Positions 29,360 to 40,430 of a stretch of DNA of 64,000 nucleotides are shown piece after piece. Within the stretch, counting starts at the first letter, position 1. Every line of letters begins with the position of its first letter. The position numbers and the translations under genes are program-made. The notes under the pieces are model-generated. The model had not been told where the DNA came from, ran no database searches, and saw only the letters and a program-made list of their open reading frames with translations. Location: contig CBDATR010000043.1 in the NCBI GenBank assembly GCA_965200155.1, positions 65,858 to 129,857 of the forward strand. The letters are read 5' to 3'. This stretch comes from Nitrosopumilaceae archaeon (GTDB taxonomy: Archaea; Thermoproteota; Nitrososphaeria; Nitrososphaerales; Nitrosopumilaceae).

Positions 29360-32227
29360 GTGCCGCCGCAAATTGCCAGTATTTTTGATGTCCTGCCTGC
29401 AACACTACTCAAGGTCGGATACTATTGGGATGATTACGGGTTCAAACTGGGTGAGAAAGCTGCCATAGTCGCGATGAAGGCCAAGAATCGCGGTGAAACA
29501 GCATTCATAGAACGATTACATAAAGACCTACAAGGTGTAGTCAGCGATACAATAACGCGAGATGATACTATAGATGCTATTTCACAACATATCGTACTGG
29601 CGCCTGTCTTTGAGGCGCTTTTCGGGCAGACAAGTAACCCAGTTTGGAAGGCGTTTAACCATGTAGCAGAAGAATTAGACTTTAGTACGGAATTAGATGA
29701 TTTAGAAGAGTGGCACCAATTAATGTGGTACCATGTTGAGAATATAACAAATCCACAGGCAAAGCAGAATGTAATAATCAAGGTATATGGTAATTTCTTT
29801 AAGGGATTTGACAAAAAACAGGCCAAGACCATAGTATACACGCCTGTCGAAATAGTGGATTTCATTATTCAATCGGCACAGTATGTATTGGAGTCAGAGT
29901 TCGGAACAGGGTTCGATGGGAATATTCGCGTGTTGGATCCTTTCGCAGGAACCGGTGTATTTCTGGCTCGGTTGTTAGAATCAGGTCATTTGGGTACGCA
30001 TCCAGCAGAGATGCTTTTTGGTGAGAACAAGTTATTAGCATATTATACCGCGTGCGCAAATCTGGAAACCACAATGGAGAAGGTGACAGGGATTAGCACT
30101 CCGTTCATGAATGGTTCATACGTGGATACATTCACAATTCCGCCGGATTGGCTGGAGTTAAAGGCGCAGGGTAGGGCACATGTACAATCCATGATAGATG
30201 ACACATTATTCCGCAAGGCGCGCGGGCTTGTTGATAAACAGCGGGACAAGCGCATAATAGGTAATCCACCATACTCTGGTGGGCAGAGAACCGCCAACGA
30301 GGACAAGAAGAATGATTCCCACCCCATTCTAGAACCACGCATAAAGAATACGTACATTAGAATGGCGCCCAAGGGGAATAAGAGGGGATTATACAATTCA
30401 TATGTCAAGGCCATTCGTTGGGCATCAGAAAGAATCGGGGAGTCGGGAGTAATCGGTTTCATAACACCCTCTGGTTTCATCACAGGGAATAGTGAAGCTG
30501 GTATACGCGCCTGTCTTGAAATGGAGTTCACTGATGTGTACTGCTTTGACTTGAGAGGTGATGTGAAAAAAAGTGACTGGCGACGTGAGGGTGGCAAGAT
30601 ATTTGGGAGTGGCTCAACTGTGGGTACCGCTATAACCATCCTGGTGAAGAACCCCGCCAAACATCATTCTACGATTCACTATCATGGCATCGGCAACTAC
30701 TTGAGTAGAGAGGAGAAGTTGGAAATCATAAAAGAGCATGGTTCCATTGCAGGAATGGAATGGGAGATTATAACACCGGATCGATTCCATGACTGGTTAG
30801 AACAGCGTGGCGATACCAGTGAACAGTGGGATTCCATCACTCCAATGGGGAGTAAAGAGGGAAAGCAGGGGGAGATTGGTGTGACGTTTGGTGAATATTC
30901 ACGCGGTCTGGCTACTTCCAGAGATCCATGGGCATACAATTCATCCATTGATAAATTGGAAAATAATATGAAGCAACACATCAACTATTGTAACGGACAA
31001 GATTTGAATAATTTTGTGGTTGATCCAAAACAGGCGAAAAAGAATAGTTCCATGATAGAACGCATGAAAAAGTTGGGCAGAAAGGTGGACTTTGATAAGA
31101 ATAAAATACGTACAGTGTTGTATAGACCATTTTTCAAGCAGTATCTGTATTTTGATCCAATCTTTGTTCATGAGCCGACTGTGGTTTCACCATTCTTTCC
31201 AACCGGTGGCTCCAAGAATATTGCCATCATGGTGGCTGACAAAATAAAGGGTGTGTTCTCCACGTTTGTAACAGGAATAACACCGGATCTACACATCCAC
31301 GAGGCATCCCAATGCTTTCCCATGAGAGTCAAGAAACAAAAGGACAAGAATAGACATGTGGTAGGTAACCAGTCAACCAGTCAACCAGTCAACCAGTCAA
31401 CCAGTCAACCAGTCAACCATCGAGAACCTGGCGATAATAGTCCCCGACAAAATAAAGGGCGAATTCTCAGTATTCATAACGGGAATAACACCGGATCTGG
31501 AAGTGGTGCATCACGGGCAGGTATTCCCCATGTTCACACAGTCACCGGAGGTGACGAGATGAAGGACAACATCACCGACTATTCCCTGGAACTATACCAG
31601 AAACGATATAATGATGACTCCATAACTAAAGAGGACATATTCTACTACACCTATGGCATTCTACATCATAATGGTTATCGTTCCAAGTATCAAGCATTCC
31701 TTGTTAGGGGATTACCGAATATTCCCATGGCGCCTGACTTCCGTGCCTTTGAGAGAGCAGGGCGTCAGTTAGCTAACTTGCACCTGAATTATGAGATGTG
31801 CCCCCGTTATGATCTTGGTGAACCATTATCTCCAATACCGGACGCGCCAAAAAAGATAGCCTTTGGTAAGAAACCAAATAGAACCGGTTCCCCGGGCCCC
31901 AAAGACAAACCGGATCCGTCAACCATCATAATAGACGGCCAAAAGATATACAATAACATACCATTAATCAATTACAAAGTGAATGGTCGTACCCCCGTGG
32001 GCTGGTTCGTGGACAGATACCAGTACAGGGAGAACATAGAAAGTGGCATCACCAACTACCCACTGGAGGGTGCCACCGGTGATGAAACACGCGCCATAAT
32101 AGAACGGTTAGTATACGTTGGAATGGAGTCAGATAATATCATAACCAACCTCCCAACTGAATTCGAGATGGAACTGGAACAAGAACCAACCGGCCTGGAC
32201 AAGTACTACAAGGCGCCCATTCCCTAA
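29360..32227 (+). CDS. Open MTase-TRD half of the type ISP enzyme
   Basis: 955-aa ORF containing MTase motif I (FAGTG), motif IV (NPPY) and the ISP C-terminal domain. Confidence 0.75.
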   Translation: MPPQIASIFDVLPATLLKVGYYWDDYGFKLGEKAAIVAMKAKNRGETAFIERLHKDLQGVVSDTITRDDTIDAISQHIVLAPVFEALFGQTSNPVWKAFNHVAEELDFSTELDDLEEWHQLMWYHVENITNPQAKQNVIIKVYGNFFKGFDKKQAKTIVYTPVEIVDFIIQSAQYVLESEFGTGFDGNIRVLDPFAGTGVFLARLLESGHLGTHPAEMLFGENKLLAYYTACANLETTMEKVTGISTPFMNGSYVDTFTIPPDWLELKAQGRAHVQSMIDDTLFRKARGLVDKQRDKRIIGNPPYSGGQRTANEDKKNDSHPILEPRIKNTYIRMAPKGNKRGLYNSYVKAIRWASERIGESGVIGFITPSGFITGNSEAGIRACLEMEFTDVYCFDLRGDVKKSDWRREGGKIFGSGSTVGTAITILVKNPAKHHSTIHYHGIGNYLSREEKLEIIKEHGSIAGMEWEIITPDRFHDWLEQRGDTSEQWDSITPMGSKEGKQGEIGVTFGEYSRGLATSRDPWAYNSSIDKLENNMKQHINYCNGQDLNNFVVDPKQAKKNSSMIERMKKLGRKVDFDKNKIRTVLYRPFFKQYLYFDPIFVHEPTVVSPFFPTGGSKNIAIMVADKIKGVFSTFVTGITPDLHIHEASQCFPMRVKKQKDKNRHVVGNQSTSQPVNQSTSQPVNHREPGDNSPRQNKGRILSIHNGNNTGSGSGASRAGIPHVHTVTGGDEMKDNITDYSLELYQKRYNDDSITKEDIFYYTYGILHHNGYRSKYQAFLVRGLPNIPMAPDFRAFERAGRQLANLHLNYEMCPRYDLGEPLSPIPDAPKKIAFGKKPNRTGSPGPKDKPDPSTIIIDGQKIYNNIPLINYKVNGRTPVGWFVDRYQYRENIESGITNYPLEGATGDETRAIIERLVYVGMESDNIITNLPTEFEMELEQEPTGLDKYYKAPIP
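31367..31419. repeat. (aaccagtc)6 simple sequence repeat in the TRD region
   Basis: Six perfect 8-mers plus a partial unit, between two homologous TRD segments. Confidence 0.95.
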
Positions 32228-32452
32228 TGAGTTCACGTGATGTTCCAGGAACGTGTTAGAAGAGAAATATTGCGGTAATCATATATCCACTCTCCAGTAC
32301 AAGGGACTCAAGTCCTTACAAGGGACTATTATTCTAATAGGCTAGCGCATGTCTCATCCACACATGAAGTGCTGGTTTGGGATACAACATGTCTATTCTC
32401 ACATCAGTATCAAAGCAATGCTTTTAACATTGTATTTCAACTAATTTTTAAA

Positions 32453-34807
32453 ATGTTACAATATAATAACCGTACCAATATTACATTTAAAGCCTTAATC
32501 GGGGGGGGGGGGCTCCTTCTTGCACTAGTATTAGTACCGGCCACTGATCTTGCGTTTGCTCAAACAACCAGTCCAATATTTGGCCTTACAGTAACTCCTG
32601 CCTCCACTGGTGCCACCGTTACATGGAATCAGTACCAAGACCATACCAATTATGTCGTGGTGTTACTTGATGGAGATGGAAATAAAATTTCTGGTGGGGT
32701 AACACGCGTTACAGGACTCACACATGATATTACCGGACTGACTTCTAACACTGACTATATGGTATTTGTCAGAACCACTGGAGCTGGCTTTGTCCAGTCC
32801 AACTCTGTATCATTTAGCACAATTGACTTTGGCTTCACTAATGCTATATCAGACATTACCATGAATGAGGCCGAGAGAAAAACCATACCACTCAGTGTAA
32901 CCCCTGCGAGTGATTCTGTCACATATGCGATAACCAAACAGGACGGCACGGCTGCACCCAGCTTTGCATCCATAGATTCCATATCTTTTGACGGTACAAT
33001 TACAGACGGCATTGTTTTTACTCCTGACAGAGAAGACAGTGGGGAATATTCGCTGCGTCTCACGGCAACTATTGGTGATGGCACCGCCACTGAAAACTTT
33101 TTACTTACCGTAAATGACCCTGGTATTGATCCACCCCAAATCAAAGCCCAAACTAGCACCTCTGTAACTATAGAGATCGCCTCAGAAGACATTAATACAC
33201 AAGACTCAACCTGTACATTCGCCGATATCTACCCAACCTCCTCTGGACGTTCAAGTGTTGTTTCACATGGTTTCACATCAAACCCTCTAACAATTACGGG
33301 CCTCTCACCGGATACTGCATACACCATAATTGTGGGCAAATCATGTATTCCCTTGGGAAATCTGGGAATCCTCCAGTTCACTACATCTGGGGGTAGTGTA
33401 GGACAATCAGTTCAAGGTAATCTCAGATTCACAAACACCATAAAAGACATTACCATGGCCGAGGGTACAACACGTCACATAAAGCTAAATGCAACTGATT
33501 CTGATAATAGGGACATTACATATAGTGTAGATGTCCTGAACGACAAGACATTACCTGGGTCTGCAGGAACATCAAATGGTTTCCTCGTTTTGGAGCCTGA
33601 TAGAACAGCAGCAGGAGAATACACTCTACGTGTCACAGCAACTGCTGGCAGCGACACTAAACGTGATGAATTTGTACTTACCGTAAGTGATCCTGGTATT
33701 GATCCACCCCAAATCAAAACTAAAAATAGCACCTCTGTAACTATAGAGGTCGCCTCAGAGGACTATAATACAAAAGACGCAACCTGTACAACCGCCGGTA
33801 TCTTCGAAACCTCCTCCGGGCCTTCAGGTGCTGAAATAGAGGATTTCGAATCAAACCCCTTGACAATTACGGGCCTCACACCTGATACTGCATACACCAT
33901 AAGTGTGTATAAATTCTGTGATCCCGCTGGAATTCTGGGAACCCTAAAGTTCACTACATCTGGGGGTCGTGTAGCACAATCAGTTCAAGGTGATTTCAGA
34001 TTCACTAACACCATAAATGACATTACCATGGCCGAGGGCACAATACACAGCATACAGCTAAATGCAATAGATCCGGATAATAGGGACATCACATATAGTG
34101 TAGAGATCCTGAACGATAAGACATTACCTGGATCATTAGGAATATTCAATGATAACCTCCTACAGCTGGCGCCTGATAGAACAGCAGCAGGAGAATACAC
34201 TCTGCGTGTCACAGCAACTGCTGGTAGCGACACCATACGTGATGAATTTACACTTACCGTAAGTGACTCTGGCACATCTTCACTCCAAATCAAAACCCAA
34301 ACTAGAACCTCTGTGACTGTGGAGGTAGCCTCAGCGGACTATAATCCACAAGATGCAACCTGTATATTCGCCGATATCTACCCAACCTCTTCCGGACCTT
34401 CAAGTGCCGTTTCACATAGTTTCAGAACAAACCCTCTAACAATTACGGGCCTCTCACCTGATACTGCATACACCATAATTGTGGGCAAAGAATGTATTCC
34501 CATGGGAAATCTGGGAACCCTCCAGTTCAATACATCTGGGAACAGTCAGACATCTTTAGTACTAAGTAGAACCATAAGTGGCAATGATGTTACTCTAAGC
34601 TGGAACAACTTGGCAAGTACCTATGTAGTGGTGGTATTTGATGGGGAAAGAGACCGAGTCATTACTGGCGGATCAGCACGCGTATCAACTAACTCATATA
34701 CGCTCAATGACCTAGACGCTGACACATATACGGCATTTGTGAGAACCCCTGGACCCTCAGGAACTTCTACCATGTCCAACACTGTAACCTTTACTATCAC
34801 TAGTTAA
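32453..34807 (+). CDS. Secreted fibronectin-III / cadherin-like repeat surface protein
   Basis: Signal peptide ending AFA-Q; FN3 motifs ITGLxPDTAYTI x3 and ITGLTSNTDY; three ~190-aa Ig+FN3 repeats. Start uncertain (ORF track gives 32369). Confidence 0.85.
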   Translation: MLQYNNRTNITFKALIGGGGLLLALVLVPATDLAFAQTTSPIFGLTVTPASTGATVTWNQYQDHTNYVVVLLDGDGNKISGGVTRVTGLTHDITGLTSNTDYMVFVRTTGAGFVQSNSVSFSTIDFGFTNAISDITMNEAERKTIPLSVTPASDSVTYAITKQDGTAAPSFASIDSISFDGTITDGIVFTPDREDSGEYSLRLTATIGDGTATENFLLTVNDPGIDPPQIKAQTSTSVTIEIASEDINTQDSTCTFADIYPTSSGRSSVVSHGFTSNPLTITGLSPDTAYTIIVGKSCIPLGNLGILQFTTSGGSVGQSVQGNLRFTNTIKDITMAEGTTRHIKLNATDSDNRDITYSVDVLNDKTLPGSAGTSNGFLVLEPDRTAAGEYTLRVTATAGSDTKRDEFVLTVSDPGIDPPQIKTKNSTSVTIEVASEDYNTKDATCTTAGIFETSSGPSGAEIEDFESNPLTITGLTPDTAYTISVYKFCDPAGILGTLKFTTSGGRVAQSVQGDFRFTNTINDITMAEGTIHSIQLNAIDPDNRDITYSVEILNDKTLPGSLGIFNDNLLQLAPDRTAAGEYTLRVTATAGSDTIRDEFTLTVSDSGTSSLQIKTQTRTSVTVEVASADYNPQDATCIFADIYPTSSGPSSAVSHSFRTNPLTITGLSPDTAYTIIVGKECIPMGNLGTLQFNTSGNSQTSLVLSRTISGNDVTLSWNNLASTYVVVVFDGERDRVITGGSARVSTNSYTLNDLDADTYTAFVRTPGPSGTSTMSNTVTFTITS
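32501..32512 (+). repeat. G12 homopolymer in the signal-peptide coding region
   Basis: Seen directly; currently in frame (LIGGGGLL). Confidence 0.9.
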
Positions 34808-34881
34808 TTTTTTTCTCAGTTTAAGTTGGCTCACGCGTTCAGATGCCAACCCGGCTTTGTGCGGCAGAGCCAGAGGACTAC

Positions 34882-35848
34882 TATAGCGGTCACCATAAGT
34901 CTTGGAATGGTAAAGGGACCAGTTCTATGTTAATCGTACCGTCATCTAGAATCACTCCCTGACGCGCTGGGCCGAAGTTATGGGGGAGTCATTCCAGTTC
35001 AACATGCCGGTGAATGTTTTTCATGACTGGAGGAAGTGGACATATTCGACTTGCCGGAATGATATCCTGGTGGCAGATATCGGCGAGCCTGTTTACGCGC
35101 GCCAGTTTCATCCATATAATGAGGAATGGTGATGGTGGCGCCGATTGGTTGAGTGAGATATAATTCCGGTATGATAAGATGGATGCATCAGGCGCGTTTA
35201 TGAGGATAACATCTCGCGCCGCCGCAAACAGAATCATTCTGTCGTGTCCAAAGCCACCAATCCGGCGCAATTCTCGTGAATTGTACTTGCCGGGCATTGG
35301 TGTCGTAACCTGGGACATGCTGGACGCAAGAGAACTGTTCCAGGAGAGCGCGATTCATATCAACAAACGGGAGAAACCACTTAGGCTGCAAGCATTTGGT
35401 CTTCACGGCCGGCAATCATACGGGAGATGCGTTACCACTAGAGTAAGACAGAAGGCGAACGATTCCATGAATAGCATACAAGGTAGTCATCGAGAACTTG
35501 TCAGATCATGGTGGGAACAGGAATCGTTCCATGAGAGAGAACCGCGTTGGTGGATTCTTACAGAAGTCGGGGGATTGAATTGGAGGCGGTACCGGCCAAG
35601 ACTGGTGGGCATCATTCCAAGAAAACTAGGGACACATTCAAGTGCAACCAGGAGTTTCATGCCGATATCAAAGAGTAACCGGATGAGGTGGCAGGGAACC
35701 GTTTCTCACCCATGCAGGGAGCCATTCCCGTCCAACCATCGGACTGTTATTCAAACAGTCCAACCGGAGGCGCCAGGACGTAATGTAGAGCAATGTACTG
35801 TCCAGAAGCGAGGCGCCACGTTCACAAAGAGTTATGGTGACCGCTATA
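34882..35848 (+). mobile_element. tnpB: TIR-flanked degenerate tnpB element, copy A
   Basis: tatagcggtcaccataa ... ttatggtgaccgctata; fragments RVRQKANDSM and FKCNQEFHADI. Confidence 0.8.
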
Positions 35849-36263
35849 CTGGTCTCTCGCTATGATTGCCGATTCCCTCTTTTGCAACTCGTCTATCTCG
35901 CGTGTTATCCTACAGACTTCCTCTCTTCCACTGACTATTCTTTTCAATATGGGCCGCGCCTCCGGACTAGCCTTCTCTAACATCTTTTCAAATATGTCAT
36001 AACATTCTTCCAATCGTTCTATTTTGTTCATGAAATGAATCATGAAATTTACATTTAAGCGTGATTTTTACCACTGTAACAAACAAATCATTCCAACATG
36101 TCAGAAGTTGACGATCTCATGGAAAAGTGGAAAAATCTAGAGGCACAACACAGAGATTTGGAACATTCAAAACATGTGTTACGGGATTTTGATAAAGAAG
36201 AGCTTGATGTAATCACATATGCACAGAACATGATCATGAAAGATATCGAGTGGATAAAAAACA

Positions 36264-36355
36264 GTATGAGTTCACCTGTGTCTAAATTTACGCATAACTG
36301 ATCGCGACAGTTAATGTGATTTGTGTACAAGATTCCGGAAGACGTGAACTCATAC
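36264..36355. mobile_element. 92-bp MITE (no TSD, fused to an IS66 remnant)
   Basis: Consensus copy. Confidence 0.92.
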
Positions 36356-36926
36356 TCACAGACAGGTACGCCGTGTATCGCCGGTTTGATGACGGTGGGA
36401 AGCACCATCTGGGCGCATTTATTGCGCGATACCAGTATATTACATGCAGGATTCTATATCGATCCCGGTGATCAGGACGCCCGGATCAAACTTGACAACG
36501 ATTTGAAAGAATTGTTCCGGAGCGCACGTGAATCGCTGCGGGCCGTCCGCGCAATTACGACACTCATTTGAGGCAGGAGCAGATGCATCAGTACTGTGAT
36601 GTTGAGGATACTGAACTGCAAAAGAAGGTAAAAGGATTGAATAAGGCCATACCAGGCATGTTCGTATTCCTAGAATATGACAGTGTGGAGCCGACCAACA
36701 ATCCAGCGGAGCAGTGGAACCGGTTCTGATACGCAGTGGTATTACGTAAGATTAGTGGTCAGATAAAGAGTGGTGAAAGGGCCATGCGCCGCATGTCCAC
36801 ATGTGTTCAGAGATGGCGGGCTCAGGGCCTTTCTGTAATGAACGAGGTTGCTGCCAGAATGCAATTATAATTAAAAACTGGGATGCATTCTATCTTATTA
36901 TATGATCAAAACACGTGAACTCATAC
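36356..36926 (+). mobile_element. IS66 3' remnant
   Basis: Degenerate match to 43910-44501, ending in the TIR. Confidence 0.9.
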
Positions 36927-37321
36927 AAGATATGACATGGTGGACTTGCCGCCTATCTTCCCGCTTGTCCCTATTATGGAGTATAGTCGTTCATTGATAT
37001 CGGCGATCTCACCCCACCAGGCCTGATCAACATCATTCAATGTCCATGTGTCCTGGAATGATGCACCGGCCGCCTTGGAGCCTATGGGGGCGGCATAGTT
37101 ATGCTTGGGTATGAGTTCACGTCTTCCGGAATCTTATACACAAATCACATTAACTGTCGCGATCAGTTGTGCGTAAATTTAGACACAGGTGAACTCATAC
37201 ATGCTTGGAGTTGAAGGGCGGATCAAGGTATATCAAGTCTATACTATTCTTTTCCATACCGCGCATTATACTAAGATTGTCGGCCACAAAAATGGTCCTG
37301 TTCTCGGGGGGGGGGGGTCAT
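36927..37321 (-). pseudogene. Beta-class N6/N4 DNA methyltransferase, 5' fragment with poly-C tract after the start codon
   Basis: ENRTIFVADNLSIMRGMEKNSIDLIYLDPPFNSKH|NYAAPIGSKAAGASFQDTW; interrupted by a MITE and truncated by IS66. Confidence 0.85.
37109..37200. mobile_element. 92-bp MITE
   Basis: TSD atgcttgg. Confidence 0.95.
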
Positions 37322-37594
37322 GTAACTTGATAATTCATTTCTGTGCTATTAAGGTGGTGTTTTATCAATTGATTTCCAATATGTTATAGGTAAGTACGAC
37401 GTGTAAGTCACCGGCTTGCTGGGCAGGAATGGCCATGGTGTCTATGACGCCTCCCTTGAAAGACTGGCGTGCCTACAGATTCCACACTAATCGATACATG
37501 ACAAAAATATCATACACGGGCTCGCCGCCGATCTGGTTCCATCAGTAATGGTAACTCATTGAAATGAGTAATCAAGATTAGGTTGCTCACCGTA

Positions 37595-38915
37595 TATAGC
37601 GGTCACCATAATTACGTGGCGCCTCGCTCCTGGACAGCATGGCTTTGCGTTCCGTCCTGGCGCCCCACGGTTGGGCGGGGAATGGTTCTCCGCCCCGTGC
37701 AGGGGAACCGGTTACTAAACGCGGCATTGATATCCGCGTGAAACCCCTGGCTACATGTGCCCCTAGTAACATGTCTGGCCGGTATTCTTGACCGGTACCG
37801 CCTCTAATTCAATCCCCCTACTTTTGCTCTACCTTGCGCCGGAACTCGCCCACCCGGTTCTCGCGCATCATTCTATTCATGGAACGTTTCCGGTTGCCAC
37901 CTTTCCTGGTCATGGGTTCTACCGACAAGTCCTCGATGACCACCTTGTCCACACCTTTTGTGACAGCATGACTCATGGAGTCATTCGCGATGTTGTTAGC
38001 TTTCTGTCGTAATCGTGATATCTTTTTGCGGTTCTTGCCCTTTCTTGTTCTAATACTCTGGAGTGCGCGTATTATCGTGGCGCCTCGCTCCTGCTGACAC
38101 CCCAATGGAAAAACTTCGAAACTCGCGTGCTGGAGTGCGCGTATTATCGTGGCGCCTCGCTCCTGGACAGCATGGCTTTGCGTTCTTTCTTGTTCTAATA
38201 CTCTGGAGTGCGCGTATTATGGAACGATGTCTCATATCATGGATTGCCGTTAGTGACTGCCACGTGTTTCCCGCCGACCTCGAACCACACCAGTCTTGAC
38301 ATGTTGGAATGGATTCTCTCGCTTGTTGATGTGGATTTCGAATTTACGTTCCCTACTCTTGGTGACATGTTCATAGCATGTCCCAGGATGGGTCAATCGG
38401 TTAACCAAGGCCGCGCAAGCCTAGCTCGAACTTACCGCGTCTAGTTGGTGGGTCTTTCATCCTCACGATATGGAATGAATTCCGAGCAATCCTCATACTG
38501 ACGCCTGTAATATGGCACCGCGAGCATATGCTACTGGTAACTCGCGTAACCATTACGGCGCCACTTGGTTAATTCCAGGAACAGACCATTCCTGATTATC
38601 GTTTTAGATCGTGGGAACTCATTCACGTATAATGAGTCACCTTCTTTAGTCCGTATTGTGGACTCATTCTTATTCCTGGAACCACCCTTACTCTTGTCCG
38701 GATCGTGCTTGAATAGCGCCGGTCATATAATGGACATGATATCGGCTACTGATCGGTTGTACACAATGCTTGTTCATCACTTCTATCCATTGGTCTCAAC
38801 GGTAGTATAACGGTTCATGGGACAATTCCAGTAGTTGTATGGTCCTATGCCGGACTATTCCATGGAATGATTCTATGGAACGATTCTATGGCAAGGACTT
38901 ATGGTGACCGCTATA
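37595..38915 (-). mobile_element. tnpB: TIR-flanked degenerate tnpB element, copy B
   Basis: 17-bp TIRs; VDKVVIEDLSVEPM..KRSMNRMMRENRVGEFRRKVEQK and FHADINAA RuvC segments. Confidence 0.85.
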
Positions 38916-39178
38916 CCTACTGTTTTGCTTATGCTTACCGGATTTTGTACCATGAAAACACGCTTCAATTCATAGCGACTTGGACGGTTACTGTTACTGC
39001 CTATCCATTTACACTGTATGTGGTGCCTGCGGCATATTTTCTGGCCAGTTGTACACAAGATTGATGTATACACTGACCACAGATGATTAGGATGATGGTT
39101 GAGCAGCTCACCCATGCATCTAAGATGGGTTCATCACTCATGTGCGGGTGTGCCATCTTGCGGCTCACATAGAGTACT

Positions 39179-39655
39179 CTAACGGAAGTTTTTACATTTG
39201 ATTTTTGTTTCATCTAAGTGTCCCGCTCTTACTGCATCATTTAACAATTTTTTTACACTTTTCTGGTTTATATGCACACGTTCCCCTGCATAAATTATCT
39301 CGGCCATCTGTGCCAACTGCATTATTGCTAGGTTATCAATATCATAATGTAAACCATTGACATCGCTGTCTGGAGTATCTCCAGTAATGCATTGTGGAGA
39401 AATACCAATGGATTTTAGATCATTACCCCCAAACATAGTATAGTCTATAGGACCAACACATTTCCTGGTGGCCGCAATGGCTATGGCCACTCTTTGATGG
39501 CCCACTTCATCCCGAACCTCAAAAACTGATAGACTACAATTGTCCTTGGTTTTCATGTCAAGAAGCGCGTCACAATGCAATCCACTATCTCCTGCCAAGT
39601 TGGATTTACTGCCTTTCCATCTGTTATGTTTGACTATCCTCAGAAATTTCATCAT
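39179..39655 (-). CDS. Hypothetical protein, possible ART/RES-like fold toxin (third gene of operon)
   Basis: R near the N-terminus, SLSVF, GDTPD..N..HYDI; overlaps the upstream gene. Confidence 0.55.
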   Translation of the reverse strand: MMKFLRIVKHNRWKGSKSNLAGDSGLHCDALLDMKTKDNCSLSVFEVRDEVGHQRVAIAIAATRKCVGPIDYTMFGGNDLKSIGISPQCITGDTPDSDVNGLHYDIDNLAIMQLAQMAEIIYAGERVHINQKSVKKLLNDAVRAGHLDETKIKCKNFR

Positions 39656-40430
39656 CCGAATTAAACGATGTAATTACCTCTTTGATGTATTGTTTAAACC
39701 ACTTAACTTCCTCCTTCTCATACGCGCGCTTAAGGTTGTGTATGGCCTTAGGGTCTTCCAAGGCATCAATACCAATTAATGCCGCATCCCGTATGTATAC
39801 GTCAGTAGATTCCAGTGCCTGCACCAGCAACGAGAGTCTGGCATCATGGGTTTTGTCATCACGACTATTTCCGATCTGTATTAATGCTTCTTGTTTCACA
39901 TCTTCTAGTACATCGTCCTTGCGCATAATATCCTGAATACGCCCGATGGCTTCCATTCCATATTCACGAATCACTCTATGTATGGTGGTCCGAAAGTTAC
40001 TATCCATTCCATACTCAAATATCTCGTCATTATTGTAAAACATCTCATGCAGTTCTTTTGTCAGCGCATCTCGATCATATCTGACCCGGACTGTATGTGG
40101 TTGAATAGATGCATTGATAGTTGGCCAAATACGCTCTAGTGTTTCAGCATCAGAGGTGTAATGTGACGATTCCCGTCCTGTTCTATCTGATTTCAACTGC
40201 CATCCGCCGCTAAACTCGCTATGAAGCATTCCATGTTCTGATTCCCGTCCTGTTCTATCTGATTTCAACTGCCATGGTTTAATCAAAGTGACGACCTTAT
40301 GTGGTGTTTCTATCTGTCGCAGTTCTTCACATCCAACGTTTTCCCAATCTTTCGTAAAGTTTATCCGTTTTGTACTAGTGACGTAATTATCACCTGCCTT
40401 AGGCGATGCGATCAACGTACTATTGGTCAT
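39624..40430 (-). CDS. HEAT-repeat domain protein
   Basis: VKQEALIQIG, LESTDVYIRDAALIGIDALEDPKAIHNLKRA; internal 36-bp duplication. Confidence 0.75.
   Translation of the reverse strand: MTNSTLIASPKAGDNYVTSTKRINFTKDWENVGCEELRQIETPHKVVTLIKPWQLKSDRTGRESEHGMLHSEFSGGWQLKSDRTGRESSHYTSDAETLERIWPTINASIQPHTVRVRYDRDALTKELHEMFYNNDEIFEYGMDSNFRTTIHRVIREYGMEAIGRIQDIMRKDDVLEDVKQEALIQIGNSRDDKTHDARLSLLVQALESTDVYIRDAALIGIDALEDPKAIHNLKRAYEKEEVKWFKQYIKEVITSFNSDDEISEDSQT

Larger units (their letters stand above)
27448..32227 (+). pseudogene. Type ISP restriction-modification enzyme (Mrr-like nuclease, SF2 helicase, N6-MTase, TRD); 5' half frameshifted and MITE-interrupted
   Basis: DLGIDILA..AIQCK; MACGTGKT; DEAHRTAG; MTATP; CLSEGVDVPALDG; VQSLGRVMRK; YTPVEIVDF; LDPFAGTG; GNPPY; YRPFFKQ; DIFYYTYGILH. 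Confidence 0.92.

Noticed and set aside
31215-31540. Diversity-generating retroelement TR/VR pair
   Set aside because: The differences between the two segments are not adenine-specific, and no reverse transcriptase is in the window.
40168-40275. 36-bp duplication in the HEAT gene as a functional repeat
   Set aside because: A single in-frame duplication in a probable linker, with no further evidence of function.
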